Shown piece after piece: positions 1 through 10,242 of a DNA stretch of 48,652 nucleotides (positions are counted from its first letter, which is position 1; every line of letters starts with the position of its first letter). Under the pieces are notes generated by a model, which ran no database searches, had not been told where the DNA came from, and saw only the letters and a program-made list of their open reading frames with translations. Origin of the DNA: an uncultured Dehalococcoidales bacterium (lineage in GTDB: Bacteria > Chloroflexota > Dehalococcoidia > Dehalococcoidales > CAYFFA01); NCBI GenBank assembly GCA_964342375.1, contig CAYFFA010000001.1, positions 1 to 48,652 on the forward strand, given 5' to 3'. The translations under genes were made by a program, and so were the position numbers.

Positions 1-333
1 TTAGAACCCCCCTACCCCCGGTAAAACGTAGAAAAACTGGCCAGTTATGCCCGATAATTGCCACCAAACCCACCACCACCTGCTGGACGATACCCAGCCC
101 TAATAGCTGAGCTGCCCACACCATGGCTGCCCCCTTACCCAAGTCAAAAAGAATCACCGATATGGCAAGCCGCCTAGAGGTCATCCCCCACAGATTGGAT
201 ATGCCCACGTTGCCGGTGCCATATTGTCTGATGTCTATCCCACGGACTCGCTTGGCAACTAAGTAGGCAGTGGGCACTGAGCCCAAAAGATAGGCACCTA
301 TTATTAACAGTACAAACTCAACGACCACAAGCA
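1..333 (-). CDS. plsY: Glycerol-3-phosphate acyltransferase PlsY, partial (C-terminal part lies beyond the left edge); 5' end apparently frameshifted
   Basis: Minus-strand translation of 2..298 reads GAYLLGSVPTAYLVAKRVRGIDIRQYGTGNVGISNLWGM...ILFDLGKGAAMVW...IIGHNWPVFLRFTGGRGVL, the PlsY pattern (GxGNxGxxN, FDxxKG, GHxxPxFLxFxGGxG). It is absent from the ORF track because it runs off the edge. An RBS-like GAAGGGG followed by GTG (333 or 327) opens a different frame, which reads VVELVLLI and then hits TAG at 298-300. Confidence 0.7.
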
Positions 334-387
334 CCCCTTCTGAGATTATTTACCTGCCTTTGTAAGATTTATTGTCTTATCAAAAGG

Positions 388-1239
388 CTATGATTCGACT
401 AGCTTTAGCCCTCGCTGCTTTGCCAGAGCTATAAGTCGCTCTGCTGATTTCAGAGGCACATCGAGACTACCAAGCATCGCCCCAGCGCCATCATCCAAAC
501 CGTGGTAATCACTGCCACCAGTGGTAATAAGATTATGCCTAGTAGCCAGGCCGACCAGAGCGATAGTTTCGTCAGCAGTGTAGCCATTGGAGTAGCTCTC
601 AATGCCTACCAGACCGACCGCCTTTAACTCAACAATCATACCTTCCGAGTCATTGACGGTTAGTGGATGGGCCAATACCGGCAGACCTTTAGCCTGCAAT
701 ATTAGTTCTACCGCTTGCACCGGGGTTGTCTTTTCTCGCTCAACATAGGCGGGGCCATCACGACCTATATACTTGGCGAATGCCTCACCAGACGAAGCGA
801 TATAACCCTTTTCTAACATAGCTTGCGCAATATGAGGACGCCCTATAGCACCACTACCGGCTATTTCCTTTACCCGCTGCCACTCAATATGAACATCGAG
901 CTTCTCCAGCCTGGCAACCATCCCCTGAGCCCGTATCTGCCGGGAAGCGCGCGACCTCTCCAGAGTCCCCAGCATTTCACGGTCTGTATAATCCACAAAG
1001 TAGCCCAGAATATGAACCTCACCGTGAGGAACATCAGTGCTGATTTCAACACCGGGAATAACCTTTAACATGGGGAATGCTTTGGCAGCTTCCAGGGCGG
1101 GAGCAATGCCATTCACAGAGTCATGGTCAGCGATAGCAATGGCGGTTAACCCGAGCTCCGCTGATTTATGGATAATCTCCGCAGGGCTGAATCGACCATC
1201 AGAGGCAGTGGTGTGTATATGAAGATCTACCTCGGACAC
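388..1239 (-). CDS. PHP-domain metal-dependent phosphoesterase (TrpH/YciV-like)
   Basis: 283-aa ORF. The N-terminus VDLHIHTTASDG and later His/Asp motifs (ADHD, HILGYF, LAHP, GGSDYHG) are typical of PHP phosphoesterases. The GTG start overlaps the ymdB stop (TAGTG) and is preceded by GGGAGGTGG. Confidence 0.8.
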   Translation of the reverse strand: MSEVDLHIHTTASDGRFSPAEIIHKSAELGLTAIAIADHDSVNGIAPALEAAKAFPMLKVIPGVEISTDVPHGEVHILGYFVDYTDREMLGTLERSRASRQIRAQGMVARLEKLDVHIEWQRVKEIAGSGAIGRPHIAQAMLEKGYIASSGEAFAKYIGRDGPAYVEREKTTPVQAVELILQAKGLPVLAHPLTVNDSEGMIVELKAVGLVGIESYSNGYTADETIALVGLATRHNLITTGGSDYHGLDDGAGAMLGSLDVPLKSAERLIALAKQRGLKLVES

Positions 1240-2009
1240 TATTCCACCTCCCGGCCTATCCGGTCGATGCTTGTTGTTTTGCCGCTATTCTCATCTACAC
1301 TGAGCAAGACGGCACTAAACATTGTTTTGCCCTTGCCCACGGATAAATGATGCGGCATCATCGTCAGGAAGCGATTGATTACCGCCTCAGCGGCAACGCC
1401 TATTATCGAATCGATCGGCCCGGTCATACCTATATCGGTCACATAGGCAGTACCCTGAGGAAGCACCATGGCATCAACGGTGCCCACATGGGTATGGGTG
1501 CCCAATACAGCACTGACTCGCCCGTCCAAGTATCGCCCCATTGCCACCTTCTCCGAGGTTGCCTCAGCATGAAAATCAACAACTATGACTGACGGCCTGG
1601 GCTCGACCTCAGCCAGCAATTTATCCATAGCTCTAAACGGGCAGTCGAAGTTGCTGATGAAGGTTCTTCCTATCAAATTAACTATCATTGTCTGCTTATT
1701 GATTATATATCCCCTACCTGGCACCCCGGGGGGATAATTTAATGGGCGCAGGATAGGCATCTCACTATCAAGGTGTGGAATAATCTCCTTCTGCGCCCAT
1801 ATGTGATTACCTGAGGTAAGAACATCAACCCCGGCGTCAAATAGTTCATCGGCAGTAGCTAAAGTCAGACCAAAGCCGCCGGCAGCATTCTCGGCGTTAG
1901 CAATAACAAGGCCTAACTCGTATTGCTCCCGCAGGTCCGGCAAATATTTTTGTATTGCCTTCCTACCCGGCCTGCCAACTATATCACCAACTGCTAATAT
2001 CAGCATCAC
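1239..2009 (-). CDS. ymdB: YmdB-family metallophosphoesterase (2',3'-cyclic-nucleotide 2'-phosphodiesterase, TIGR00282-like)
   Basis: 256 aa. LILAVGDIVGRPGR, NAENAAGGFG, TSGNHIW and DFHAEATSEK are the calcineurin-like motifs of YmdB. It lies directly downstream of rny, as in Bacillus. Confidence 0.85.
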   Translation of the reverse strand: MMLILAVGDIVGRPGRKAIQKYLPDLREQYELGLVIANAENAAGGFGLTLATADELFDAGVDVLTSGNHIWAQKEIIPHLDSEMPILRPLNYPPGVPGRGYIINKQTMIVNLIGRTFISNFDCPFRAMDKLLAEVEPRPSVIVVDFHAEATSEKVAMGRYLDGRVSAVLGTHTHVGTVDAMVLPQGTAYVTDIGMTGPIDSIIGVAAEAVINRFLTMMPHHLSVGKGKTMFSAVLLSVDENSGKTTSIDRIGREVE

Positions 2010-2067
2010 TATTCAGAAAAGAATGGCCGATTCATAAGGTATGGATTGCTCTCTCGGCCGATACCGC

Positions 2068-3615
2068 CTATTTAGCATAGCCCACAGCTCTCGTCTCTCT
2101 GACTACGGTAACCTTTATTTGGCCTGGATACGTCAGACCCTCCTCTATCTTCTTGACGATGTCCCGGGCAAGCCTCATTGCTCCTAGGTCATCAAGCTCT
2201 TCCGGCTTGACCAAAATGCGGATTTCACGACCTGCCTGGATAGCATAAGACTTTTCCACCCCCTCGAAGCCAGCGGCGATATCTTCCAACGCGTTCAGGC
2301 GCTTCAAGTAGTTCTCCAGTGATTCACGCCTTGCCCCCGGCCTGGCACCACTGATGGCATCAGCCGCTGAGATGATAAAGCCCCACGTGCTGGTAGTATC
2401 AGTATCGCCATGATGCTCAGCAATACCTTGAACTACTTCAGGAGATTTATCCCATTGCTTAACCAGGTCAGCTCCGATGGCAGCGTGAGTGCCTTCCACC
2501 TCGCGGTCTACCGCCTTACCAAGGTCATGGAGCAACCCGGCCCTCTTAGCTATGGCAACATCGGCCCCCAGTTCGCTGGCAATCATGCCAGCCAGATGGG
2601 CGGTTTCAATGCTGTGCCCCAGGACATTCTGTCCATAGCTAGTGCGATATTTGAGACGACCAAGCAGCTTAATTAACTCGGGGCGCAATCCATGCACCCC
2701 CACCTGGTAGGCTGCCTGCTCTCCTGCACTATAGATGCTGGCATCTACTTCCTCGTTGGTCTTAGCTACTACTTCTTCAATGCGAGCCGGATGTATTCGT
2801 CCGTCAAGGATAAGCTTGGATAGAGCCACCCGAGCCACCTCCCGCCGTACCGAGTCAAAGCTGGACAGGGTGACTGCCCCCGGGGTGTCATCAATTATCA
2901 GGTCGACGCCGGTAGCCTGCTCCAGGGCTCTGATATTACGCCCCTCGCGGCCGATAAGTCGACCCTTCATCTCATCACTGGGAAGAGGCACAACGCTAAC
3001 CGTGGTCTCAGCTACAACCTCAGAGGCGCAACGTTGAATAGCCTGCGATAAAATATCCTGCGCCTTTCTATTAACCTCCTCATTTATCTCAGCTTCCCAC
3101 TCACGAAGGCGCCGTGAGGCTTCCTGTCGCATCTCATCCTCCACGGCCTCCAGCAATGTTTGCTTTGCCTCGTTGCTGGACAGGCCCGAAATGAGCTCCA
3201 GCTGCTTCAACTGCCTATCTCTGACCTCTCCAAGTTGAGCGCGAATAGACGTCACTTCCTTTTCCTTACCAGCCAGGTCTCGCTCCCGCTGCTCCACGCC
3301 CGCTAACTTGCGATCCAATGTTTCCCCTTTTTGAGATAGGCGGTTTTCCTGACGCTGTAGTTCAACACGCCGCTCACGATACTCTGCCTCGGCTGATGTC
3401 CTAGCTTTACCTGCTTCCTCCTTGCTCTGACGAAGCACATTTTGAGACTCATTCTTAGCGTCAGCCATCATTCTGGTCGCTTTTCTCTCGGCAATACGTA
3501 TTTGTCGGTTAAACAACACCCGCCGGGAGAGAAAAAGCGCCATACCGCCAAATATCACGCCTATGATAAAACTGAATAAAATTGCTAATATTCCCTGTAC
3601 TCCCAGATCTCCCAT
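2068..3615 (-). CDS. rny: Ribonuclease Y
   Basis: 515 aa. It has an N-terminal TM helix, a long coiled-coil, a KH domain ([15 protein letters not shown]) and an HD domain ([13 protein letters not shown]...LLHDLGK). Confidence 0.95.
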   Translation of the reverse strand: MGDLGVQGILAILFSFIIGVIFGGMALFLSRRVLFNRQIRIAERKATRMMADAKNESQNVLRQSKEEAGKARTSAEAEYRERRVELQRQENRLSQKGETLDRKLAGVEQRERDLAGKEKEVTSIRAQLGEVRDRQLKQLELISGLSSNEAKQTLLEAVEDEMRQEASRRLREWEAEINEEVNRKAQDILSQAIQRCASEVVAETTVSVVPLPSDEMKGRLIGREGRNIRALEQATGVDLIIDDTPGAVTLSSFDSVRREVARVALSKLILDGRIHPARIEEVVAKTNEEVDASIYSAGEQAAYQVGVHGLRPELIKLLGRLKYRTSYGQNVLGHSIETAHLAGMIASELGADVAIAKRAGLLHDLGKAVDREVEGTHAAIGADLVKQWDKSPEVVQGIAEHHGDTDTTSTWGFIISAADAISGARPGARRESLENYLKRLNALEDIAAGFEGVEKSYAIQAGREIRILVKPEELDDLGAMRLARDIVKKIEEGLTYPGQIKVTVVRETRAVGYAK

Positions 3616-3696
3616 TTTTAACCCCCTTTCCCTAGTAGCTTTCGGGTTAGGCGCAGGTTATTGATAGATGATACTGTTCGCCTTGTTGATTTAACG

Positions 3697-4347
3697 TCAA
3701 GACAAGATGCCATTTTCAAACCTGCCTCCCACTTCCTGCCACATCCGCTTTACGGTGTGATTTATCACCCCATAATTGAAACCACGGTGCTTGAGATATC
3801 CACCTAATCGGCGCTTAAAGCCTTGGTAGTCAGACAGGGGTAAACTACGGGCTTTACCCTGGGCTGCCCGGTAGGCGTTCTCGTCATCATTGACCGTATC
3901 AGCTACCCGGTCTATGATATCATCGGCTACACCCTTCTGCCTCAGCTCCAGCTTAGTTAACCGCTGACTGCGCGGGCTAAATGATTCCCGGTTAGCCTTC
4001 CAGAATTGAGCAAAAGCCGTATCATCCACTAACCCTTGCTCCCTTAGCCTAGCCATCACTGCATCTACACTGCTATCGTTGAAGCCCTGCCGCTGAAGAC
4101 GCTCCCTTACCTCAAGCTCGCTACGAGGTCGATAGCTGAGGTAACGGAGAGCGGCCCCAAGGCAACGGTGGAAGAAGTCAGACCGGTTCAGGTCTTCTGT
4201 CTGACTGGCAGATAGCTCCTGCCCCACACGCAGCCTTTCCTGCACCACCACTTCAGCTTCCAGACCGAAGGCGAACTCGCCATCTATAAATACATTCACC
4301 CGCTCGCTCCGCCCCCTACCGTCACGGATGGCAGTAATCTTCCCCAT
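3697..4347 (-). CDS. recX: Recombination regulator RecX
   Basis: 216 aa, immediately downstream of recA. It shows helical-repeat RecX-type sequence (YLSYRPRSELEVRERLQRQGF..., LELRQKGVADDII). Confidence 0.8.
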   Translation of the reverse strand: MGKITAIRDGRGRSERVNVFIDGEFAFGLEAEVVVQERLRVGQELSASQTEDLNRSDFFHRCLGAALRYLSYRPRSELEVRERLQRQGFNDSSVDAVMARLREQGLVDDTAFAQFWKANRESFSPRSQRLTKLELRQKGVADDIIDRVADTVNDDENAYRAAQGKARSLPLSDYQGFKRRLGGYLKHRGFNYGVINHTVKRMWQEVGGRFENGILS

Positions 4348-4375
4348 CTGCTTGATATACCTCCTTTTTTAAGCC

Positions 4376-4406
4376 AAAAAGGCTGAGGTATAAGCCTCAG
4401 CCTTTT
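4376..4406 (-). terminator. Rho-independent-type hairpin between recA and recX (bidirectional shape)
   Basis: AAAAA-GGCTGAGG-tataag-CCTCAGCC-TTTT. This is an 8-bp perfect stem (4381-4388 / 4395-4402) flanked by A and T runs. On the minus strand the hairpin is followed by TTTTT. Confidence 0.6.
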
Positions 4407-4468
4407 AAATCATTCTGCCTATTTAGCTATTCTGCTTAAAACGACATTAGTCGCTAGCTAGAGAGTTA

Positions 4469-5467
4469 TCAGGTATTATTGGCTGAGGCTCTAATCCGTT
4501 GCTCAATCTCTCCGGCAAGTTCAGGATTCTGCTTCAGGTATTGCTTGGCATTCTCCCTACCCTGCCCCAGGCGAATATCACCATAGGAGAAAAAGGCACC
4601 GGCTTTATTAACCAGCCCCAGCTCTACACCCAGGTCAATAAGATTACTCTCCTTACTTATCCCCTGGCCGAACATGATATCAAACTCAGCAGATCTGAAG
4701 GGAGCGGCAACCTTGTTTTTGACTACCCTGGCCCTGATTTGACTGCCTATTGACTCATTTCCCTGCTTAATTGTCTCGATACGTCTCAGGTCTATCCTAA
4801 CAGAACTATAGAATTTTAACGCCCTGCCACCTGGAGTTACCTCAGGGTTACCGAAGACAATGCCTACCTTCTCCCTCAGCTGGTTGATAAATACTACTGC
4901 TGTTCCCGACCTGCCGATAGCGGCAGCCAGCTTCCTCAGTGCCTGCGACATGAGACGGGCTTGTAAACCAACATGAACGCCCCCCATTTCGCCCTCGATT
5001 TCAGCTTGTGGTACTAGGGCGGCTACACTATCAATCGCTATTATCTCGACAGCCCCACTCCTGACCAATGCCTCGGTAATCTCCAGAGCTTGCTCACCGG
5101 TATCAGGTTGAGAGATGAGCAGGTCATCAATATTGACCCCACAACTGGTAGCGTAGGCAGGGTCTAGAGCATGCTCCACATCAATATAGGCAGCTGTGCC
5201 CCCTTTCTTTTGTGCTTCAGCAATAATATGCTGAGCCAGGGTGGTTTTCCCAGATGACTCAGGACCAAATATCTCCGTAATCCGCCCTCTGGGGATACCA
5301 CCTACACCCAGGGCCAAGTCTAATGCCAGCGAGCCGCTAGGAACAACCTCTACCACCGACGTTGTAGCAGCTTCTCCCAACTTCATAACTGAGCCTTTGC
5401 CAAACCGCTTTTCGATCTGACTGATAGCTAGTTCCAGTGCCTTGTCCTTCTCCGTGGTCATATTCAC
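4469..5467 (-). CDS. recA: Recombinase RecA
   Basis: 332 aa. It has the Walker A motif GPESSGKTT and the characteristic ALDPAYA, [17 protein letters not shown] and [17 protein letters not shown] blocks. Confidence 0.97.
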   Translation of the reverse strand: MNMTTEKDKALELAISQIEKRFGKGSVMKLGEAATTSVVEVVPSGSLALDLALGVGGIPRGRITEIFGPESSGKTTLAQHIIAEAQKKGGTAAYIDVEHALDPAYATSCGVNIDDLLISQPDTGEQALEITEALVRSGAVEIIAIDSVAALVPQAEIEGEMGGVHVGLQARLMSQALRKLAAAIGRSGTAVVFINQLREKVGIVFGNPEVTPGGRALKFYSSVRIDLRRIETIKQGNESIGSQIRARVVKNKVAAPFRSAEFDIMFGQGISKESNLIDLGVELGLVNKAGAFFSYGDIRLGQGRENAKQYLKQNPELAGEIEQRIRASANNT

Positions 5468-5500
5468 CTGAATCTTATCATAACATAATCATCCCATCAA

Positions 5501-5527
5501 AACAAGCAAATATTTTCATATCTTGTT
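5501..5527 (-). promoter_or_regulatory. Inverted repeat AACAAG-N15-CTTGTT in the recA upstream region (candidate operator)
   Basis: Read on the minus strand, 5501-5506 and 5522-5527 form AACAAGATATGAAAATATTTGCTTGTT. This overlaps a possible TTGTTT-17-TATGAT promoter about 35-60 nt upstream of the recA ATG. It is not a canonical GAAC-N4-GTTC LexA box. Confidence 0.25.
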
Positions 5528-5577
5528 ATCAACTCCATCATTTTTATCCGTCTTATGTAAAACCCAAATCGAGGTAT

Positions 5578-6507
5578 TTACACGTTACCACGTTTTGATT
5601 GCCAGTCTTCATCACCATAGAAACCCAGACCAATGAACCCCGGTCCCATGTGAGTTCCCAGCACCGGCCCAAGTTCAAAGAGGCGTAGTTCATCCCATTC
5701 AAAGCGGTCACGCAGTCCTTTTTCTAATACCGAGGCTGCTTCAAAAACACGGGTATGGGCAATCCAACCACGTAGAGGGGCGCTTCCCTCAATTCGTTTT
5801 GCCACAAACTTCAATATATGTTCTATAGCTCTGGCTATAGTACGTGGTTTGGCTAAGATATGAACCTCTCCTTCATGAAAAGTCAGGACAGGCTTAATCC
5901 CCAATAACGTGCCAACCAGAGCTCTGGCGGCGCCGATTCGCCCTCCTTTCCGGAGGTACTCCAGTGTGTTGAATATGCCAACGACGTTCAGGCATGTGTT
6001 GAGTTCTTCAACGGATACCTTGATTTGAGGTAGCGTCTGTCCCCTTTCAGCTGCCTCAGCGGCCGGAGCGACCAACATCCCCATAGCTATAGAGGACGAA
6101 TCCATAATCTCAATCTGAGCTTGAGGCAGTACATTTTTGGCAGCCAAAGCGGAATTGAGTGTTCCGCTCAATTTACTGGAGATGTGAACGGAGAGAATGG
6201 GATGGCCACGCTGAGCAAGCTCACTGTAAACTTGAGTAAAATCGCCGGCAGAAGGCTGTGAGGTAGCGGGAGAATAGGTGGCTTCAGCCAGCTCTCGATA
6301 TAATCCGCTTACGTAAGGTGAAAATTCGTAGGTGCCTGCTCTTTGATAAAATTCATCATTAGTAATATCTACTCCTTCGGAATAGACCTCGTCTCCGAAG
6401 ATAACCTTAAGCGGCACGACACGGATATCATATTTCTCAATTATTCCTGGTTCAAGGGAAGCAGTGCTATCGGTAACAATTTTAACCTTAGGGGTCAAAC
6501 TTCGCAT
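5578..6507 (-). CDS. DegV-family fatty-acid-binding protein
   Basis: 309 aa. It has KIVTDSTASL at the N-terminus, SSKLSGT, and a C-terminal GTHMGPG-type motif typical of the DegV/EDD fold. Confidence 0.8.
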   Translation of the reverse strand: MRSLTPKVKIVTDSTASLEPGIIEKYDIRVVPLKVIFGDEVYSEGVDITNDEFYQRAGTYEFSPYVSGLYRELAEATYSPATSQPSAGDFTQVYSELAQRGHPILSVHISSKLSGTLNSALAAKNVLPQAQIEIMDSSSIAMGMLVAPAAEAAERGQTLPQIKVSVEELNTCLNVVGIFNTLEYLRKGGRIGAARALVGTLLGIKPVLTFHEGEVHILAKPRTIARAIEHILKFVAKRIEGSAPLRGWIAHTRVFEAASVLEKGLRDRFEWDELRLFELGPVLGTHMGPGFIGLGFYGDEDWQSKRGNV

Positions 6508-6567
6508 TCCTCCTCGATTTTATAGCACCTGAGTCAGCACTATTCTCCGAGCAGTGCAGAGTTATAG

Positions 6568-7314
6568 CTAAACCTGAAAGTCGGCCACCTGAGGTAGCTG
6601 TCGCTTATGAGCACAACCCGCTATCATAGATTCAATTTTCCCCCTTAGCTCACCGGAGGCTTCACCGGCAACCAGGTAGCGGTCGAGCTCCTCATAGCTG
6701 AACCCTAAATCGCCTTCATCTGTTTGGCCCGGCCACAAGCCAGCCGATGCAGGCTTATCAATAATAAGCTGGGGAATGCCCAGAAAGCCGGCTAGCTCTC
6801 TCACCTGTCCTTTGACCAGATTGCCTAGAGGTATGATATCTACCCCACCGTCCCCGTATTTGGTAAAGTACCCTATGGCAAGCTCACTACGGTTGCTCGT
6901 GCCAGCTACCATATAGCCGAGCTGATTGGCAAAGTAGTAAAGGGTTAGCATCCTCAACCTGGCTTTGAGATTAGCTTCAGCTATCCGGCTGGCTGCGGGG
7001 TCAATGCTCTTACCGGGCACCATCTTAAGCAAGATATCAAAAACAGGTTCGAGGACCACCATCTTGGTTGGAATAGAAAACTGGCCAGCCACCGCCTGAG
7101 CATGTTCCATATCCTCCCGGCTACTGTGGCACGGCATAAGCGCCCCGAGCATGCTTTGCGGAAAAGCACGGTGACACAACACCGCCAGCACCGAGGAGTC
7201 GACTCCGCCGCTCATGCCCACCATCACTCCTTTACACCCGCCAAACAAGACCTGATCTTTTATCCACGAGACCAGCTTACCCGCCAGTTGCTCCTGATGC
7301 ATAAAAGTCTCCAT
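6568..7314 (-). CDS. nadE: NH3-dependent NAD+ synthetase
   Basis: 248 aa. It has the PP-loop motif GMSGGVDSSV, then GTSNRSELAIGYFTKYGDGG and KPASAGLWPGQTDE. Confidence 0.9.
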   Translation of the reverse strand: METFMHQEQLAGKLVSWIKDQVLFGGCKGVMVGMSGGVDSSVLAVLCHRAFPQSMLGALMPCHSSREDMEHAQAVAGQFSIPTKMVVLEPVFDILLKMVPGKSIDPAASRIAEANLKARLRMLTLYYFANQLGYMVAGTSNRSELAIGYFTKYGDGGVDIIPLGNLVKGQVRELAGFLGIPQLIIDKPASAGLWPGQTDEGDLGFSYEELDRYLVAGEASGELRGKIESMIAGCAHKRQLPQVADFQV

Positions 7315-7376
7315 TGTAGCACAATGTTGTACGTAGTATACTACCTTATAGTCAACTGGTCAAAAGCAAAAAACCG

Positions 7377-8918
7377 ATGTTAGCCGCAGATATTATCCTC
7401 GAAAATGCCAATGTAATAACCATGGAGCCGGAGCAGCCCACCGCTGAGCTGGTAGCAATCAGGGGCAACCGGATTTTGCTGGTCGGTGGCGATGAAGATT
7501 TGAAGCAAGTTACGGGAGCAAAGAGCAGGATAATCGACTGCCATGGTAAAACGTTGGTACCCGGTTTCAACGATGCCCATTGCCATATCTTCTCTTTCGT
7601 AAGAAAACTGCTCAGTCTCGACTTGAGTCCGTCATCAGTCGGCTCCATTGATGACATAAAGGCAGCCATCCACCGTCGAGCCCAAGACACGCCACCGGGG
7701 GAGTGGCTCATCGGCACCGGTTATAACGAGTTCTATCTCGCCGAAAAGCGCTGTCCGAATCGCCGGGATTTAGATGATGTGGCACCTCGCCACCCGGTAG
7801 TCCTGGCTCACCGCTCCCTGCACGCCTGCGCCCTTAATAGCATGGCGCTTTCCCTGGCTGGTATCACCAGAGAGACCCCAGAACCGCCCGGCGCGCTCAT
7901 TGACCGGGACCACGCCACTGGAGAGCCAACCGGTATCCTGTTTGAGATGCTTAGCTACATCAGAGAAAAGGTTTTGCCCCCTTTATCTGAAGAAGCATTA
8001 ACTGAAGGCATAGCTTCGGCTGATAAGCACTACCTGTCCTGCGGCATTACCTCGTTACAGGAGGCTACCATCAGCAACGACCTTGGCCGGTGGCAGTCCT
8101 TTCATCGGTTTAAAGGCAAACTGAAAAGCCGTCTATCCATAATGTTTGGAGTTGAAGCCTTGAGCCGATTCCAAGCGGCAGGCTTAGCCTCCGGGTATGG
8201 TGATAGTCAGTTGCGCCTGGGCGGGGCGAAGATACTGGTGAGGGAAACCACCGGACAACTGGAGCCGTCACAGCCGGAATTAAACCGGCAGGCACTTGCT
8301 GCCCACATGGCTGGCTATCAGCTAGCCATCCATGCCATTGAGCCGAACACCGTGAAGGCAGCCATCACCGCCCTGGAACATGTCAACAGCCATTCCCCGC
8401 AGAATGGTCAACGACATCGCATAGAGCACTGCTCGGTGTGTCCTCCTCCTCTACTCGAGCGCCTGAGCAAGCTCCATGCAGTCGTCGTTACTCAACCCCC
8501 ATTTCTTTACTATAGCGGGGAAAGATATTTAGCCACTGTGCCGGTCGGTCACCTACCATGGCTATACCGGATTAAGTCCCTGGTTAACAGTGGCTTGATT
8601 GTGGCTGCCAGTTCCGATTCTCCGGTAGTCCCTGATAACCCTTTGGTTGGCATATATGCCGCCGTCACCAGAAAGACCGAATCAGGACGGCAGCTTCTAC
8701 CCGAGGAATGTATCTTAGCCAAACAGGCACTGGCTATGTACACCATAAATGCTGCTTATGCCTCCTTTGAAGAGGATATAAAAGGCTCGATTGCTCCGGG
8801 CAAACTGGCTGATATCGTAGTATTGAGCGATGACCCTGTTAACTCACCCCCGGAGCGGATAAAGGACATCTCGGTGGAGATGACAATTATCAACGGCGAG
8901 GTGGTCTGGGAATCTTGA
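7377..8918 (+). CDS. Amidohydrolase-3 family metal-dependent hydrolase (YtcJ-like)
   Basis: 513 aa. It has GKTLVPGFNDAHCHIF near the N-terminus, HAIE, the RHRIEH motif and SSDSPV near the C-terminus. Confidence 0.8.
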   Translation: MLAADIILENANVITMEPEQPTAELVAIRGNRILLVGGDEDLKQVTGAKSRIIDCHGKTLVPGFNDAHCHIFSFVRKLLSLDLSPSSVGSIDDIKAAIHRRAQDTPPGEWLIGTGYNEFYLAEKRCPNRRDLDDVAPRHPVVLAHRSLHACALNSMALSLAGITRETPEPPGALIDRDHATGEPTGILFEMLSYIREKVLPPLSEEALTEGIASADKHYLSCGITSLQEATISNDLGRWQSFHRFKGKLKSRLSIMFGVEALSRFQAAGLASGYGDSQLRLGGAKILVRETTGQLEPSQPELNRQALAAHMAGYQLAIHAIEPNTVKAAITALEHVNSHSPQNGQRHRIEHCSVCPPPLLERLSKLHAVVVTQPPFLYYSGERYLATVPVGHLPWLYRIKSLVNSGLIVAASSDSPVVPDNPLVGIYAAVTRKTESGRQLLPEECILAKQALAMYTINAAYASFEEDIKGSIAPGKLADIVVLSDDPVNSPPERIKDISVEMTIINGEVVWES

Positions 8919-8962
8919 CTTACAGGCTGGACAGGGAGTAAACTGAAGACAGAGGGAGGGAG

Positions 8963-9193
8963 ATGCCAATATATGAGTACGTATGCCCTGACTGCGATTC
9001 GAAATTCGAGTTATTACGCCCGGTAAGCCAAGCTGATGAGGGTGCTTCCTGCCCCCAATGCCAGAATATGGCAGACCGGATGCTTTCTGCTTTCTACTCA
9101 GTCTCCAGGGCCGCTAGTGGAGTTACCGCTCCCATAGGTGGGAGCTCCTGCGGTGGTTGCAGCGCTACCAGTTGCGATCCCTGCGGTGCCTGA
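8963..9193 (+). CDS. FmdB-family zinc-ribbon protein
   Basis: 76 aa. It starts MPIYEYVCPDCDSKFELL and contains CPQC, the FmdB/CxxC zinc-ribbon signature. A GGGAGGGAG RBS lies upstream. Confidence 0.8.
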   Translation: MPIYEYVCPDCDSKFELLRPVSQADEGASCPQCQNMADRMLSAFYSVSRAASGVTAPIGGSSCGGCSATSCDPCGA

Positions 9194-9222
9194 TTAAGAT
9201 GGGGCATGTCAGCCAACCCCAC

Positions 9223-9328
9223 ATGAATCGGTATTGCTAATCTACCCCTTCACTATGGCAAAGCGCCCCCGTGGCTATTTGACCGCATGGTCAAGCTGGC
9301 TCAGGAAATCACCGTATTGGGATACTGA
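9223..9328 (+). pseudogene. N-terminal stub of a DUF763-like gene (frameshifted and truncated)
   Basis: The frame starting at 9233 reads [31 protein letters not shown] and then stops. From memory, LPLHxGKAPxWLFxRMxxLA is the N-terminal signature of DUF763 proteins. A plausible ATG at 9223 is one base out of frame. The rest of the gene is absent, because the next gene's 3' end is at 9426. Confidence 0.4.
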
Positions 9329-9425
9329 AAAGGAAACATTAACACCAGAGATAATTGGCATTCTAATAAATATCGGAGGAAATTCGGGAAGCCCGATGCA
9401 TAGAAATCAGAAACGCCCACCTCTT

Positions 9426-10124
9426 TCAGGCAGTTTGTCTCTTTATTCTCTTCAGCCATACCCCGCTCACCCCACCCAGAATAGCCGCCAGCCCGACGGT
9501 TATACCGCCGATGAATAGAGTCGCATCATACCAGAAACCCGCGGGGAAGAGCATTATCAGGTAGTCCCTGGCGGGGTCAAGCATCCAGAATTCGTTGGTG
9601 AAGCTGATGAGGTGGAACATGAGGAAAAGCTGGTCAAAGTTCAGCAGCGAACCTATTCCCAGAACCAGCAGCAGGCCAAGGGTGATGCCGCTTCCAATGA
9701 CCACTGCTTTCGCCAGTCGACGCCGCTCTTTCCGCCACAAGAGCCCAATACCGGCATAAACTAAGCCATAAATCAGTGTCCCCAGCAACAGGCGATAGTT
9801 AAGCCGAAACAGTCCCTTGACATCCTTGAGGTGGATTACCTCTCGCTCATTAAATAGCTCAAACGGCTTGCCGTCCTTAACCACAGTAAGGCTGATATAC
9901 TCTTCATCCGAGTTAAAATAGCTGATTAGCCCGACGGCTGCCTTCTCCAGCTCCGCTTCAGCCAAGCCCGTGGTCTGACCGACATTATATTCCTCAAAGC
10001 CGTATTTATAGAGCCAGAGGCTATTAACTGACCAGCCGATACCAGCCGTCAGCAGCAAAATGGGCAGACAAAGTATAAACAGCCACTTAGCGATGTTGTC
10101 CAGAATATCCAACTCTGCCTCCAA
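9426..10124 (-). CDS. TIGR01906/DUF1461-family integral membrane protein
   Basis: 232 aa with several TM helices. It carries the characteristic FNEREVIHLKDVKGLF block. Confidence 0.7.
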   Translation of the reverse strand: MEAELDILDNIAKWLFILCLPILLLTAGIGWSVNSLWLYKYGFEEYNVGQTTGLAEAELEKAAVGLISYFNSDEEYISLTVVKDGKPFELFNEREVIHLKDVKGLFRLNYRLLLGTLIYGLVYAGIGLLWRKERRRLAKAVVIGSGITLGLLLVLGIGSLLNFDQLFLMFHLISFTNEFWMLDPARDYLIMLFPAGFWYDATLFIGGITVGLAAILGGVSGVWLKRIKRQTA

Positions 10125-10195
10125 GTTGTTCTGAATTCTACACTATCAGGGCGAAAAAGGATAGTATTATCTGCCCCATCCCCCCTCCACCATAT

Positions 10196-10242
10196 CATTG
10201 CGAGCCGAAGCCATGAGCAAAGCGAAGGGGTAGCGAAGCAAT
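10196..10242. repeat. REP-like palindromic intergenic element (CATTGCGAG...CGAAGCAAT family), long copy
   Basis: The sequence is cattgcgagCCGAAGccatgagcaaaGCGAAGgggtaGCGAAGcaat. The termini ATTGC/GCAAT are inverted and there are three internal CGAAG sub-repeats. A second family member lies at 48617-48645. Confidence 0.6.

Noticed and set aside
9234-9518. 94-aa plus-strand ORF from the track
   Set aside because: It runs through the DUF763 ghost in the wrong frame and into the 3' end of the convergent TIGR01906 gene. It has no RBS or motif.
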